IMG/VR virus record: IMGVR_UViG_3300021431_000076
Location: 64,001 to 128,000 of that record
Direction: 5' to 3' (one strand)
DNA length: 64,000 bases
From: a virus
Lineage: Duplodnaviria; Caudoviricetes
The notes below the pieces were generated by a model. That model saw only the letters and a list, made by a program, of their open reading frames with translations, did no database searches and had not been told where the DNA came from. The first letter of the stretch is position 1. Each line of letters starts with the position of its first letter. Made by a program: the position numbers and the translations under genes. Shown here one piece after another: positions 29,352 to 39,600 of this stretch.

Positions 29352-30245
29352 TTAAGCTACTTTAATACACATTATATATACACTATAGACACTATTGACT
29401 TTCTTCTTACTCTTTACCACATCTAGCTTAACCATAAAGTATCTACTATCCATACCTTCTAATTGATCATGGATAGATAGATATATCTTATCTCCCTTAA
29501 CATTGTTTAATATAGTTTTATTGATATAGAAAACATAAGGTTTTAATTGAGGGCCATATTTTACAACATCTGGACACCAGATTCTAGCCCCATCGCCTGC
29601 TTTGAGAGCTAAGATATCGAGAAAAGCTTGATCAGAAGATATATCTGTGTACTCACACACGCTATGGCTTTTTAACCACATTATATTGTATTTTTGTACT
29701 GGGTCTAACACTATATACTCAGGATATAGATTTATCAAAGTTCTAGTAAGTGTATTATTACCTGCTAGATTCTCCATAACCTGATTATTATGATCTAAAG
29801 TGTATAGCTGCCTTCCTATAGCATATGTAGAACCATTTATATCCATAGTATCATAAGTAAGGAATGAGAACATAGGCATAGCTTGTTCTATAAGCATAGG
29901 ATCTACTTTCTTAGAACTTCCTAGTTTATTATCCTTAATAGCTTTATCTGTAGAGTAATCCATTATAAGTTTAATAAATGGATTAATCTCTTTAGTCATT
30001 AATACTATATGACTTAGATTGATATTAGCCCATAATGGTTTATATGATAATCCATTAACATCCATCATCTCATCTAAATCTGCTACATGGCAAATAGCAT
30101 TATCAGATATACCACATACTTTATCTACTGATGCCATGTTCTTAGTAAACATTCTAGGAATACAGACAAATTCACTTTTCACCCCCTTTATTATTTCTAA
30201 TACTTTCAGTAATTGACTTGTTTGAATCGCTTCTAGATTTGCCAT
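29352..30245 (-). CDS. hypothetical protein downstream of the polB N-terminal subunit
   Basis: 297 aa, SD GAGGAG. Confidence 0.6.
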   Translation of the reverse strand: MANLEAIQTSQLLKVLEIIKGVKSEFVCIPRMFTKNMASVDKVCGISDNAICHVADLDEMMDVNGLSYKPLWANINLSHIVLMTKEINPFIKLIMDYSTDKAIKDNKLGSSKKVDPMLIEQAMPMFSFLTYDTMDINGSTYAIGRQLYTLDHNNQVMENLAGNNTLTRTLINLYPEYIVLDPVQKYNIMWLKSHSVCEYTDISSDQAFLDILALKAGDGARIWCPDVVKYGPQLKPYVFYINKTILNNVKGDKIYLSIHDQLEGMDSRYFMVKLDVVKSKKKVNSVYSVYIMCIKVA

Positions 30246-30256
30246 TGTTTCTCCTC

Positions 30257-32182
30257 TTATTTAACCTTGAGTGATGCTCTATATCTATCTACTTCTTTTT
30301 CTACCCAATCTGGTATAGGACGATTACAGAATACTACTGGTGTAGTCTTATCTGGGAAATATGCTACTACTTTAGCTTGAGTATCATATGGAAGTTCTCC
30401 AGGTCCCTTAAACATAGGAGTTCTATACTTAGTAAAGTATTCTTGGATATCTCCAAGCATCTCTTCTATACCTGCAAGACCAAACCATCTTTGACCAAAT
30501 TCAATATAATTGAAACTAGCCAGATTTTCGGTAAATGTTCCACCTGGTTCCATCTTAAGATAGGCAGGATCTCTATAGCCTACTTCAGTAGGTTCTATCT
30601 TACCAACTTGAGTATGTGGAGCCATATTGAATTCTTGTAACAGAGATGGATATAGACGTTTATAGTCAAAGTCATTGGTGTTATTGAACTTATTGATATA
30701 TTTACCATTGGCTATCATCTTATTCTTATTACTAATGAGATTAGGATCTGCCACAAATGCACCTGGAAATTTCTCTGTAGGAGGCTCACCAAACTTATTT
30801 ACATTTTCTCCTAAGATAACTCCTTCATGATTCTTATAGAAGTCAGCACCTTTAGTAGCAAGATAGACTGTTTGTCTCCATATCTTTTGATATGGAGTAT
30901 TCATCTCTATTGCATTATTAAACATATATTTCATATCACCAGTTTGTGCTTCTATACAAACCTGGTCAATAACATCAATAAGGTTATACAACCAGAATAA
31001 GATAAAATCTAGATATGGGAATTTAGCAATGTTAGTGGTAATATGATGATAGTCTAACTTATGTACACCACATTCTTTAGCACCTACAGAATCCAAACTA
31101 TAAGACTCTATCGCTGATTGACCTTTTCTTCTAGATGCATATAATATAATCTGATCTATATATGCTATATAAGATGCTATATTAGCAAAGTCACATCTTT
31201 CTTCAAATTTATCTGCATTCTTTTGATCTACATAATATGAACAGAATTTATTCTCAAATTCTCTATCACATACAACTGCAGGCACATTTAATCCTAAGAT
31301 TTGAGCTCTTGCTAATAGCTGAGGCATATCATATGCCATATTATATGCTAATGCAAAATCTGGACTAAGATAATGAAGTAATTTAAAGAATGCAACTATC
31401 ATCTCAGCTTCTGTATCAAAGAACTTTACTTCTAGATTAATATTATCTAATCCATACTGTTTGATTTTTTCTTCAGAACCTAGATTATCTTTGATAAGTT
31501 CACGGAAATGATTCATATGCTTAGTATATCCAGATTTTGTCTTAAGCTCTTCTTCTAACTCTGCACACTTAGGAATGTTTGGCATTCTTACCATATAACT
31601 ATACATAGTCTTATTCTTTGTATAGAATCCTGATATCATAATAGTAGGACATTCACCTATAATGATATTATCAGTAGATGATTGCATTGCATCTGCTTCT
31701 GTATCAAAGAAGAATAAATCTATATCACATACTGGATTCTGATACGTTTCAGCAAATTCAGATCTTATGAAATTCAATATAGGCATATCTGCAGAGAATA
31801 TTCTTGGATGGGCAAAGAATGCTCTATTGAGTTTATAATCTCCAGACTTCATATTTCTATTATATAAATCTAGATTACCAGTCTTTTCTGCTATAGATCT
31901 AGTAAGCTGATTATAAGGACAAGTTACTGGAATAACTTTCTCTCTTTCTATGAAATGCATATTAAAACCTGGATCCTGATACTCTGGTCTTAATAGATAA
32001 TATGTATAAGATGGTTCATAAATTGTCTCATGAAACTTCTGTCCTGTATTGTTATCTTTATAAATCAAAGTTACATAGTCTTTGTCTCTCTTTCCAGTTT
32101 TCTCATTCTTCTTAGGAAACGTATAGAATGCATTCATAATAGTGAGATTGTCTCCTGGCTGTCGTCCTCGTAACGCTAACAT
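30257..32182 (-). CDS. family B DNA polymerase, N-terminal subunit (3'-5' exonuclease + motif A)
   Basis: ExoI FFDTEAD, ExoII YNMAYD, ExoIII YNLID, FPGAFV, motif A DYKRLYPS. Confidence 0.9.
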   Translation of the reverse strand: MLALRGRQPGDNLTIMNAFYTFPKKNEKTGKRDKDYVTLIYKDNNTGQKFHETIYEPSYTYYLLRPEYQDPGFNMHFIEREKVIPVTCPYNQLTRSIAEKTGNLDLYNRNMKSGDYKLNRAFFAHPRIFSADMPILNFIRSEFAETYQNPVCDIDLFFFDTEADAMQSSTDNIIIGECPTIMISGFYTKNKTMYSYMVRMPNIPKCAELEEELKTKSGYTKHMNHFRELIKDNLGSEEKIKQYGLDNINLEVKFFDTEAEMIVAFFKLLHYLSPDFALAYNMAYDMPQLLARAQILGLNVPAVVCDREFENKFCSYYVDQKNADKFEERCDFANIASYIAYIDQIILYASRRKGQSAIESYSLDSVGAKECGVHKLDYHHITTNIAKFPYLDFILFWLYNLIDVIDQVCIEAQTGDMKYMFNNAIEMNTPYQKIWRQTVYLATKGADFYKNHEGVILGENVNKFGEPPTEKFPGAFVADPNLISNKNKMIANGKYINKFNNTNDFDYKRLYPSLLQEFNMAPHTQVGKIEPTEVGYRDPAYLKMEPGGTFTENLASFNYIEFGQRWFGLAGIEEMLGDIQEYFTKYRTPMFKGPGELPYDTQAKVVAYFPDKTTPVVFCNRPIPDWVEKEVDRYRASLKVK

Positions 32183-32292
32183 TAAATTTTCCCCCTTATA
32201 TTTTTCTCATCTTAAAGTCAACCTCTCCCTCAAAAGAAAAAATAGATTGATTTTATTGATGATTGTAAAATGTGATCTAGGTTTACACCTAG

Positions 32293-32691
32293 TCACATTA
32301 AACTACTTACAAATGATCTTAATACTTCTGGACCTCCAACTAAATGAACAATAAAATTTATCCATGAGAAGTAACAGCATATTACTCCTACTAATAAACA
32401 CAATATATCAATCACAGTTCTGGTAAGATTGCCTCTTATTATTTCTTTAGCTTTATTTTTATCTCCTTTAGCTGGAGCAAGTTTCCATTTAGCTAATACT
32501 TCTTGAAAATATAAACAATATGTACAAATACCAGCATTAATTGCTGGAGACAGCATTTCCCTATTGAATAATATAACATATACAGCTACTAATGGAAATA
32601 CTGCTAAAGATATCTTGGTAAGATAATAATAATTCAGATACACCCCTATTCCTACAGTTTTAAATATCATTGCTTTCGTATGTTTATTCAT
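32293..32691 (-). CDS. early membrane protein
   Basis: About three hydrophobic segments; promoter variant at 32715-32722. Confidence 0.6.
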   Translation of the reverse strand: MNKHTKAMIFKTVGIGVYLNYYYLTKISLAVFPLVAVYVILFNREMLSPAINAGICTYCLYFQEVLAKWKLAPAKGDKNKAKEIIRGNLTRTVIDILCLLVGVICCYFSWINFIVHLVGGPEVLRSFVSSLM

Positions 32692-32739
32692 ACTAAAACC
32701 TCCTTTACATATTAATAGTATATGCCTGTTTTCAAAGTT

Positions 32740-32764
32740 AAAAAAAAGAGACCCGAAGGTCTCA
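32740..32764 (-). terminator. repeated intrinsic terminator TGAGACCTTCGGGTCTCTTTTTT
   Basis: Identical copy at 35940-35962. Confidence 0.85.
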
Positions 32765-32770
32765 TTGGTA

Positions 32771-32812
32771 TTACCGACGGCGTACTACAGAGCCGCGATC
32801 AAATCGTGCCAT
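32771..32812 (-). CDS. 13-aa early micropeptide MARFDRGSVVRRR
   Basis: Own early promoter (32856-32863), SD AAGGAGGTGA, own UUCG terminator (32740-32764). Confidence 0.6.
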   Translation of the reverse strand: MARFDRGSVVRRR

Positions 32813-32919
32813 AATATTTCACCTCCTTAAATACATTCATGTTATTATCACGACTATAATATATAATTGAAATATACTAGTTTTACAAATAGATAATCAC
32901 ATAAGGAGGTAAATTAACT

Positions 32920-33930
32920 ATGAAGCAGGTTATTGAAATTGTAGATGACGATAATGAGCAGAAAGCAGAATATGGGCTTTCTGCATCATCTTTAGTACAA
33001 GAGGGAAATGATGATGTAATTGATACACCAGTACAAGTTCCTAAAAAAAGAGGTCCAGGCAGACCACCAAAAAACAAAGAAGCTACTTCTAATACATATA
33101 CTGATATTGTGGTATCTGATAAGAAGAAAAATACCCCAAATAGTTTAGTAAAGGAATATGAGAAAGGATACTATGACAATGCTAAACTTCTATATGGTGC
33201 TATAGCTCAGACTGAACAAGTATATGCTAATATAGAAGAAGAGCTAGATAAATATCGTAATAATAGAGCATATGGTGGTAAGAATCGTGCCATGAATATA
33301 TCACAATTCATGAGCACACAAGTAGGAGTTATCTCTACTAAGATTAATGCAGTAAGAGAACTCAACTCTGTCAGAAATAAGATTAATGATCTTGTAATGA
33401 AGAAAGAACAGATGTTGAAAGATACTGGAGAAGATAATGCAGATAAGAATATTATGGATGCTTATTATGCATTAGTAAATGCTCCAAGATATGGATTACC
33501 AGCATTTAATCAACAGCTTTCTCCTACTACTATTAATACTGGTACTATGATATCTGGTAATCAATTACCTTCCTCAGGTATAGTAACAGCAGGTACTACT
33601 AATAGTATTAAAGCTGCTAGTAGCAATAATCCAATAGATAAGCAGTTTGAGGATTATCAGAACAATCTAAACCCAATACAAAAAAGAATGATTGCTCAGA
33701 ATGATCCTAATGTAAAGACTGTAGTATGTTATGATGCATCTACTGGTAACAAATGGTTTGATGTAGTAAATGTACAGACTGGTATGTCTATTCCTGGTAT
33801 TCAAAGACCAGCAGAATTCTTATTAGATGATATGAGAGTTGATACCAGAAATGCTATTGCAGTAAATTCTAATACTAATATGACTTTCCCATTAGTTATT
33901 CTAGGTACTAGAGCAGCAGATGAATTATAA
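32920..33930 (+). CDS. late protein with AT-hook-like motif
   Basis: KKRGPGRPPK; late promoter 32884-32896. Confidence 0.65.
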   Translation: MKQVIEIVDDDNEQKAEYGLSASSLVQEGNDDVIDTPVQVPKKRGPGRPPKNKEATSNTYTDIVVSDKKKNTPNSLVKEYEKGYYDNAKLLYGAIAQTEQVYANIEEELDKYRNNRAYGGKNRAMNISQFMSTQVGVISTKINAVRELNSVRNKINDLVMKKEQMLKDTGEDNADKNIMDAYYALVNAPRYGLPAFNQQLSPTTINTGTMISGNQLPSSGIVTAGTTNSIKAASSNNPIDKQFEDYQNNLNPIQKRMIAQNDPNVKTVVCYDASTGNKWFDVVNVQTGMSIPGIQRPAEFLLDDMRVDTRNAIAVNSNTNMTFPLVILGTRAADEL

Positions 33931-33975
33931 AAAATAATCCCAAGAGCTATATTAGCTCTTGGGATATTTAATGCA

Positions 33976-34131
33976 TCAATAAATAGCAACCAACGCTAAA
34001 ATTGCAATTACACCTCCTATAATGATTTTTACTGTCATAGAATCATCAATATTGACGATATCCACATAATTCTTTCTTGCTTGTAGAGCATAAAGATCTA
34101 CAGCCTTAGTCTTTTGTAATTTGATTTTCAT
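33976..34131 (-). CDS. 51-aa early protein with C-terminal transmembrane helix
   Basis: GGAGGAGG SD; promoter 34158-34165. Confidence 0.6.
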   Translation of the reverse strand: MKIKLQKTKAVDLYALQARKNYVDIVNIDDSMTVKIIIGGVIAILALVAIY

Positions 34132-34178
34132 TTTTCATCCTCCTCCTATTCATAACTATAATATATAACTGAAAACTT

Positions 34179-35894
34179 TTATGTTCTCTTATTCCAAGTG
34201 TTCTCATCATTTTTAACTTTAGTCCACATATCATATGCAGTAATAATAGACTCATTGTTATGAGGTTCTGTATCAGTAACAACATTGTATGTTTTCCAAA
34301 GTTTATTCAAACCAGGTTTCCATTTATCTTCTACAGGATCAGGAACAGTTATTTCTGTATAAATATATTTGCTGTAGTTAGTTTTGTATGGAAGAACTTC
34401 TATAACTGTATCAATATCATATTCCCACTCAAGTCTAAGCAAATGGTTATAGTAGTAATAATAAGTCATTATATCTCTATCGTCTGGAATATTATCGTAT
34501 AATACTCCATTTTCTCCAGTATTTACTATAATATGAGCAGGATCTGTAGCAGAAGAGTCAGTAACAAATGCATCTGTTAATGGTTTGATAAATAACCAAT
34601 ATAAAGCTTGATGACCACTAAAATCATTATTAACCATACTAACGCTCATGAATAAATCCCCAAGAGTATAAATATCTATCTTATTATGAGCTAGATCAAA
34701 TACCATTCCCCATTCATCTGGCTGTATAGGAGTAATTGGACTCAATACAGTCCCAGCATTATATTCAAAATGTACATTATATATATTTGAATGTTTCTTA
34801 TAAGGTTCATGCCTTTTATGTGCCATATCTATCCAAAATACTTTTTGATTGGCTACAGAATTAATAGCACTTGTTATTCCTATTCTTACAGGTATTCCAT
34901 TATAAGCCATATGACCTTGAGCATTTACTTTCATTAATGCATTTTTAACTATAAATTCTAGATATATCTTTTGGTCTGTTGGAATAGGCCAAGCAAGAGT
35001 AGATATATCATTTGAATCTGGAGACCTTAAAATCATTCCTAATGGATTGCTGGCATAACTCATATTACTAGGACTAGAATGAATAAGATAAGGATTTCTA
35101 TGTGTTTGTGTTGGCCAATTAATAGGTGCTAAATCATTTTGAACTGTAAATCCAATATCAAATTCTCTTCTTACTGGAGGATTAGTATATGTATTTCCAG
35201 CTTGAAGAGAAATAGTCATATCAGTTATGGCTTCTTTTTTATAGTAATATAATTGGTACATAGTCCAATATCCTGCTGGAGTATATTTACATTTATACCT
35301 TCCAAAGTTTACTGAACCAGACAATAAGCCATCTTCTTGATATGTTATACAAAAATAAAAATTATCTGGTTGAGAATTTATATTAAAGGTAGTAGGCTTG
35401 AAGGAATACATTTTATCTCCTTCAACATAAATGGATATAGTATTAGCCACCGTATCCACACCAATACCAATAACATGATCTACACTAGGAATTCTAGACC
35501 CTAATCTTTGAGTATTTTTAGTTACATTAACTACAGCATTATATTGATATCGTTCTACATATTGAATACTAGTAGGATGTAACCAATCCTTAGGATCAGA
35601 ATAATAATATGGATTACAGTAAAAAATAGATCCTAAACACATATCTGCTACTAGTATACCACCAACAGATGGTTCTTTATGGATTCCTATATACAAAGGA
35701 AGGTGTCTAATCTTAGCATTAGAAGGGTGTTGTTTAATAGTAAATTCCATGTAAGCCTTAGAATACTTAGGAATAGGCTTACTGGATAGAATAGTAAATT
35801 TCTTTTTACAAGTGAACTTCTCTCCACTAACAATGGAATTAGATTGTACTGAATCTCCATCATAAGCAACAGGAAGAATTCTATTCGCACTCAA
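34179..35894 (-). CDS. late protein with two SPRY/ConA-like domains
   Basis: K.YMEF/KIYLEF repeats, VIGIGVD, NFGR..KYTPAGY; late promoter 35931-35919. Confidence 0.55.
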   Translation of the reverse strand: MSANRILPVAYDGDSVQSNSIVSGEKFTCKKKFTILSSKPIPKYSKAYMEFTIKQHPSNAKIRHLPLYIGIHKEPSVGGILVADMCLGSIFYCNPYYYSDPKDWLHPTSIQYVERYQYNAVVNVTKNTQRLGSRIPSVDHVIGIGVDTVANTISIYVEGDKMYSFKPTTFNINSQPDNFYFCITYQEDGLLSGSVNFGRYKCKYTPAGYWTMYQLYYYKKEAITDMTISLQAGNTYTNPPVRREFDIGFTVQNDLAPINWPTQTHRNPYLIHSSPSNMSYASNPLGMILRSPDSNDISTLAWPIPTDQKIYLEFIVKNALMKVNAQGHMAYNGIPVRIGITSAINSVANQKVFWIDMAHKRHEPYKKHSNIYNVHFEYNAGTVLSPITPIQPDEWGMVFDLAHNKIDIYTLGDLFMSVSMVNNDFSGHQALYWLFIKPLTDAFVTDSSATDPAHIIVNTGENGVLYDNIPDDRDIMTYYYYYNHLLRLEWEYDIDTVIEVLPYKTNYSKYIYTEITVPDPVEDKWKPGLNKLWKTYNVVTDTEPHNNESIITAYDMWTKVKNDENTWNKRT

Positions 35895-35968
35895 GTTATA
35901 TTCCTCCTTATAGTCATATTAACCAAATGTCGTGGAGACAAAAAAGAGACCCGAAGGTCTCAAAGGAA

Positions 35969-36367
35969 TTATTTGATAGCTTGATTCAACCAAGCTTCAT
36001 ATTTTTCCTCATTATAATCAATAGTCTTTCCATCAATCTGGATTGGTATATCTTGCCCTGTTGCTACCTTGTATGCATCATTTATGAATGTAGCATTTAT
36101 AGCTGCGAATTTTGCTAAATCTGTTACCATTAATGGTACAATGAGTAAACTTGAAATTCCAGCTTTTAATGAGATTACATACAAGAGTAAAGTTTTTTTC
36201 AGATTAAACCTTAAAAGTGGAATAAAGATTAATCCCAAAGGAAACATGATAAGACCTTTGACCATATCTGTCAATATAGCAAAACGACGTTTATTTAAAA
36301 CGTCTTGTTCAGCTTTGATCATTCCATTTTTGATAGCATTGGCATACAGTTCATGACGAATATCCAT
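35969..36367 (-). CDS. early cassette membrane protein
   Basis: Start re-called behind AAGGAGG; two hydrophobic segments; promoter 36440-36447; terminator 35940-35962. Confidence 0.6.
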   Translation of the reverse strand: MDIRHELYANAIKNGMIKAEQDVLNKRRFAILTDMVKGLIMFPLGLIFIPLLRFNLKKTLLLYVISLKAGISSLLIVPLMVTDLAKFAAINATFINDAYKVATGQDIPIQIDGKTIDYNEEKYEAWLNQAIK

Positions 36368-36502
36368 GATAAACATCCTCCTTTTCAATATATACGTCTG
36401 CATCCAATCTCTGATACAGATCTTATGTTTATCATAGTTATAATATATAAACAATAAAAAATACTTTAACACCACTAGGGATTTCTCCCTAGTGGTGTTT
36501 GT

Positions 36503-37150
36503 TTATTTTCTCATCATGGCTAATATATCATCAATTCCATTTAATTTCATAAATCTATGCTTAGTATTACCATAGCTATTTTCACATAATACTTGGCAAT
36601 CTTTGATACGATCAGAATCAAATGTAAAATATACTAAATAGAAATGTGATTTATCTATATAAAGTTTATGGTAAGTAGTACAATTACCGTATGGGTCAAA
36701 ACTACTATTACTTGCAGCTTTTTTATGTAAAGAATCTTGTCCTCTTGTTTTGGTTTCATATTCTACATCATAAGAATAAGTAGAACTAGAAGAGGCATAA
36801 TTAGTATTAGAATTATTCTTACCATAACCAGGATTGTTATATGTGTTACTAACTGTCTGTTTATGTTTATTAACAGTCTCAGAATTAAATAAAGAATCAA
36901 GTTTATAATTATCTAAAACAACAGCTTCTTTAGTTCTAGAACGAATAACCTGAATAAGTCTTTTTCTAGCAGTTTCATTTAAAGTATAAAACTTTCTGAA
37001 ATACTGCAACTTCTTCTGATACTTATCTCCTTCAGTAAATGCTGCTTTAATCTGAGCCCATGTTGTAGACCAATTTTCATTTAAAGGTCTTCCTGTATCT
37101 ACTACAGCTTCTGTTAAAGTATATTGTCCATCAATTAATAAATAGCCCAA
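36503..37150 (-). CDS. hypothetical (possible internal head) protein
   Basis: In a late unit; N-terminal LTE/LNE motifs. Confidence 0.55.
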   Translation of the reverse strand: MGYLLIDGQYTLTEAVVDTGRPLNENWSTTWAQIKAAFTEGDKYQKKLQYFRKFYTLNETARKRLIQVIRSRTKEAVVLDNYKLDSLFNSETVNKHKQTVSNTYNNPGYGKNNSNTNYASSSSTYSYDVEYETKTRGQDSLHKKAASNSSFDPYGNCTTYHKLYIDKSHFYLVYFTFDSDRIKDCQVLCENSYGNTKHRFMKLNGIDDILAMMRK

Positions 37151-37174
37151 CTTTTTCTCATCCTTTCTAATTAA

Positions 37175-37588
37175 TTATCTATTTTCTTTTACCATTTTAG
37201 TAATATGAGAATTTATATAATAAAAAGCAGATTTTGTTTCATATATTTTAGAATTTGAATTTAGATTCTTATTTCCTTCTACAAGATATATAGTAACATC
37301 TACTTTATTTAAATAATCATACAGATCCTTAGAGATTTGTATTGGAGATGATTGCCAAGTGTAAAAATGGCATCCTTGTGGAACGTTATCATGTTTCTTA
37401 CTAAATAAATTAGACCAGAATTTATCATACCAATCTTGTATAGCTCCACGAATTGTCAAAGATTTAGTAGATTGAATCTTTTTGTTAATCAAGAAACCAT
37501 TTTTCTTCTGCTCTTCTGAAACTGCAACGTATCTAGATCCGCTGGTAAGATTTCCTAAAAATCCTTCATTCATGAATAAATATGCCAA
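37175..37588 (-). CDS. hypothetical (possible internal head) protein
   Basis: In a late unit; N-terminal MNEG. Confidence 0.55.
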   Translation of the reverse strand: MAYLFMNEGFLGNLTSGSRYVAVSEEQKKNGFLINKKIQSTKSLTIRGAIQDWYDKFWSNLFSKKHDNVPQGCHFYTWQSSPIQISKDLYDYLNKVDVTIYLVEGNKNLNSNSKIYETKSAFYYINSHITKMVKENR

Positions 37589-37590
37589 AA

Positions 37591-38376
37591 TTACACCTTC
37601 TTCTGTTCTTCTTTAATCTTATTTAAGAATTGATCTTTATCTTCTAGAGTATATTGTTCCGATACGATTCCTCTATCCATCTCATTTATTTTAGTTGAGA
37701 GTGTTTCTTGCAATTCTTGAATGTTTGGGAACTCATATGCTCCAGAAGGATCTATATAAACAGGGCTTACTTCAAGTATTCTACATTGAGATTTATAGTC
37801 ATAGACTTCAGATACTTTTTCAGCCTTGATAAGTATATTTTTTAAATCTGGATCCATATACATACCATATAGTTCAACAAACCTCTTATACATTCCATAT
37901 ACTCTAGTAGTAGGAATGAATAATTGACCTCTATGAACTATAGCATGTACTGTTTCAGATAATGGAATTAATCCAACCATTAAATTATAATGACACCACA
38001 TCACTTCTTTAGCAACCATCAATTCAGATATTGGTTCTCTATTCAATAATCTCTTAGCATATACTGTAGTTACTATATCATATAATGTTAATGGAGTGTG
38101 GTGAATATGAATCTTGATAGAGTAAGTATCTATATTATTTACGTTCTTGTAAAAGGAACATTTATTCATATCAACATGCTCTCTTAAGAAGTCTATTAAC
38201 TTCTTATAAGAACGAGAATTTCTACATATTCTTTCAATTGACTTGAAATAAGCAGTCAATTCTTTAGGATTAGACAAATCATAATCTTCTATATCAAACT
38301 CAGGGAGAGATTTAATGACAATAGATTCTTTCTTCTCTGGCAATTCTATTTCTGCATATTCTCTCATTATATTCAT
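37591..38376 (-). CDS. HNH-like His-rich protein
   Basis: IHIHH.P ... GLIPLSETVHAIVH; late promoter 38418-38406. Confidence 0.5.
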   Translation of the reverse strand: MNIMREYAEIELPEKKESIVIKSLPEFDIEDYDLSNPKELTAYFKSIERICRNSRSYKKLIDFLREHVDMNKCSFYKNVNNIDTYSIKIHIHHTPLTLYDIVTTVYAKRLLNREPISELMVAKEVMWCHYNLMVGLIPLSETVHAIVHRGQLFIPTTRVYGMYKRFVELYGMYMDPDLKNILIKAEKVSEVYDYKSQCRILEVSPVYIDPSGAYEFPNIQELQETLSTKINEMDRGIVSEQYTLEDKDQFLNKIKEEQKKV

Positions 38377-38474
38377 CTCCTTTCTTAGGAGTTACGTTAC
38401 CTTCTTTACTCTATTGTTCCCCCTATCGGTGACAATAGGTATATCAAAAACATTCATATAATAGAAAAATATAT

Positions 38475-38825
38475 ATGGAGGTGGAAACTATGCAAAAGGT
38501 TCTACAATGGTTAGATGAGTTGTTTAAAGGAATGATGTATGAGGATGATATGCTTTCTCTAACAAGGGTATTATCTGTATCTGGCTATGCTGCATTTCTA
38601 ATCGGCTCAATATATCTTATGGTAAATAACATCACATGGGATGGTTACTCTACATTCGCTGGATATACTGGTGGTGGTGGAGCAGCATTACAGTTTGGCA
38701 ATAAACTTGTCAATAGTAAATATAATTCTGCTATTGGTAGTTATGCACCAAAAGAAGATATAGAATCAATGAAAATGAGAGAAATCAAAAGAGAAGAACA
38801 AGGAAGACCAGTAGATAGAAAATAA
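38475..38825 (+). CDS. holin-like membrane protein
   Basis: Small, hydrophobic segments, charged C-terminus; late promoter 38449-38461. Confidence 0.45.
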   Translation: MEVETMQKVLQWLDELFKGMMYEDDMLSLTRVLSVSGYAAFLIGSIYLMVNNITWDGYSTFAGYTGGGGAALQFGNKLVNSKYNSAIGSYAPKEDIESMKMREIKREEQGRPVDRK

Positions 38826-38840
38826 AACTTCATATAGGGG

Positions 38841-39554
38841 ATGAAGTATATGAGTGATTTTACATTAGAAACTTTAGGGGTAACTACATTAGAATTGGTC
38901 TTGATTATAGTTATTTCTTTCATTGCATCTATAATGCATGAATATATGATTAGTATTAAACGATTTCATATAGATGATAAGATAGAAATAATCAATAATA
39001 TTTTAATGACAGTTCTCATAGATACTATAATTTGTATTGCTATTGATCCACTAGTTGCAATGGTTTCTCAAAGATTAATTTTAATTCCACCTCTTATTCT
39101 AGGACTTATAGGACCACAACTATTGTATTACTTCTCTGGTATCAGTAGTACTGCTAAACTTATTAAATACATCTTGTCTACTCTTGGAATTAAGAAATTT
39201 GATAAAGAAGTAGATATAGATGAATTAGAAAAACAAGTAGAAGAAAAGAAAAAGAAAGAACAAGAAGAAGCTGAAAGATTAGAAAAAGAAAGAAAGGATC
39301 AGATAGACTCTGATCTCTTATTAAAGCGTATTGATAAATTAGTATTAGCTTATGTAAATGAAAAGATAGATAAAAGTCAATTCATTATAGAGTATAAATC
39401 TATTGATATAGCTACTTCATCTTTTAAAGAAAGTGTATCTGGAGAAGATGTTCCTATACATACTGCTATGAAGTTAGCAGAGATAATACGAAACAAAGAA
39501 TTCTTAGATAAAACTTTCAACCAGATAATTAGTCAGACATCTAGTCCGACATAA
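38841..39554 (+). CDS. multi-pass membrane protein with coiled-coil C-terminus
   Basis: Three hydrophobic segments, then an E/K-rich helix. Confidence 0.55.
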   Translation: MKYMSDFTLETLGVTTLELVLIIVISFIASIMHEYMISIKRFHIDDKIEIINNILMTVLIDTIICIAIDPLVAMVSQRLILIPPLILGLIGPQLLYYFSGISSTAKLIKYILSTLGIKKFDKEVDIDELEKQVEEKKKKEQEEAERLEKERKDQIDSDLLLKRIDKLVLAYVNEKIDKSQFIIEYKSIDIATSSFKESVSGEDVPIHTAMKLAEIIRNKEFLDKTFNQIISQTSSPT

Positions 39555-39600
39555 AGTTAAGGTATTCCTAAATAATTTGAATAAATAGGAGGTAAAGACA

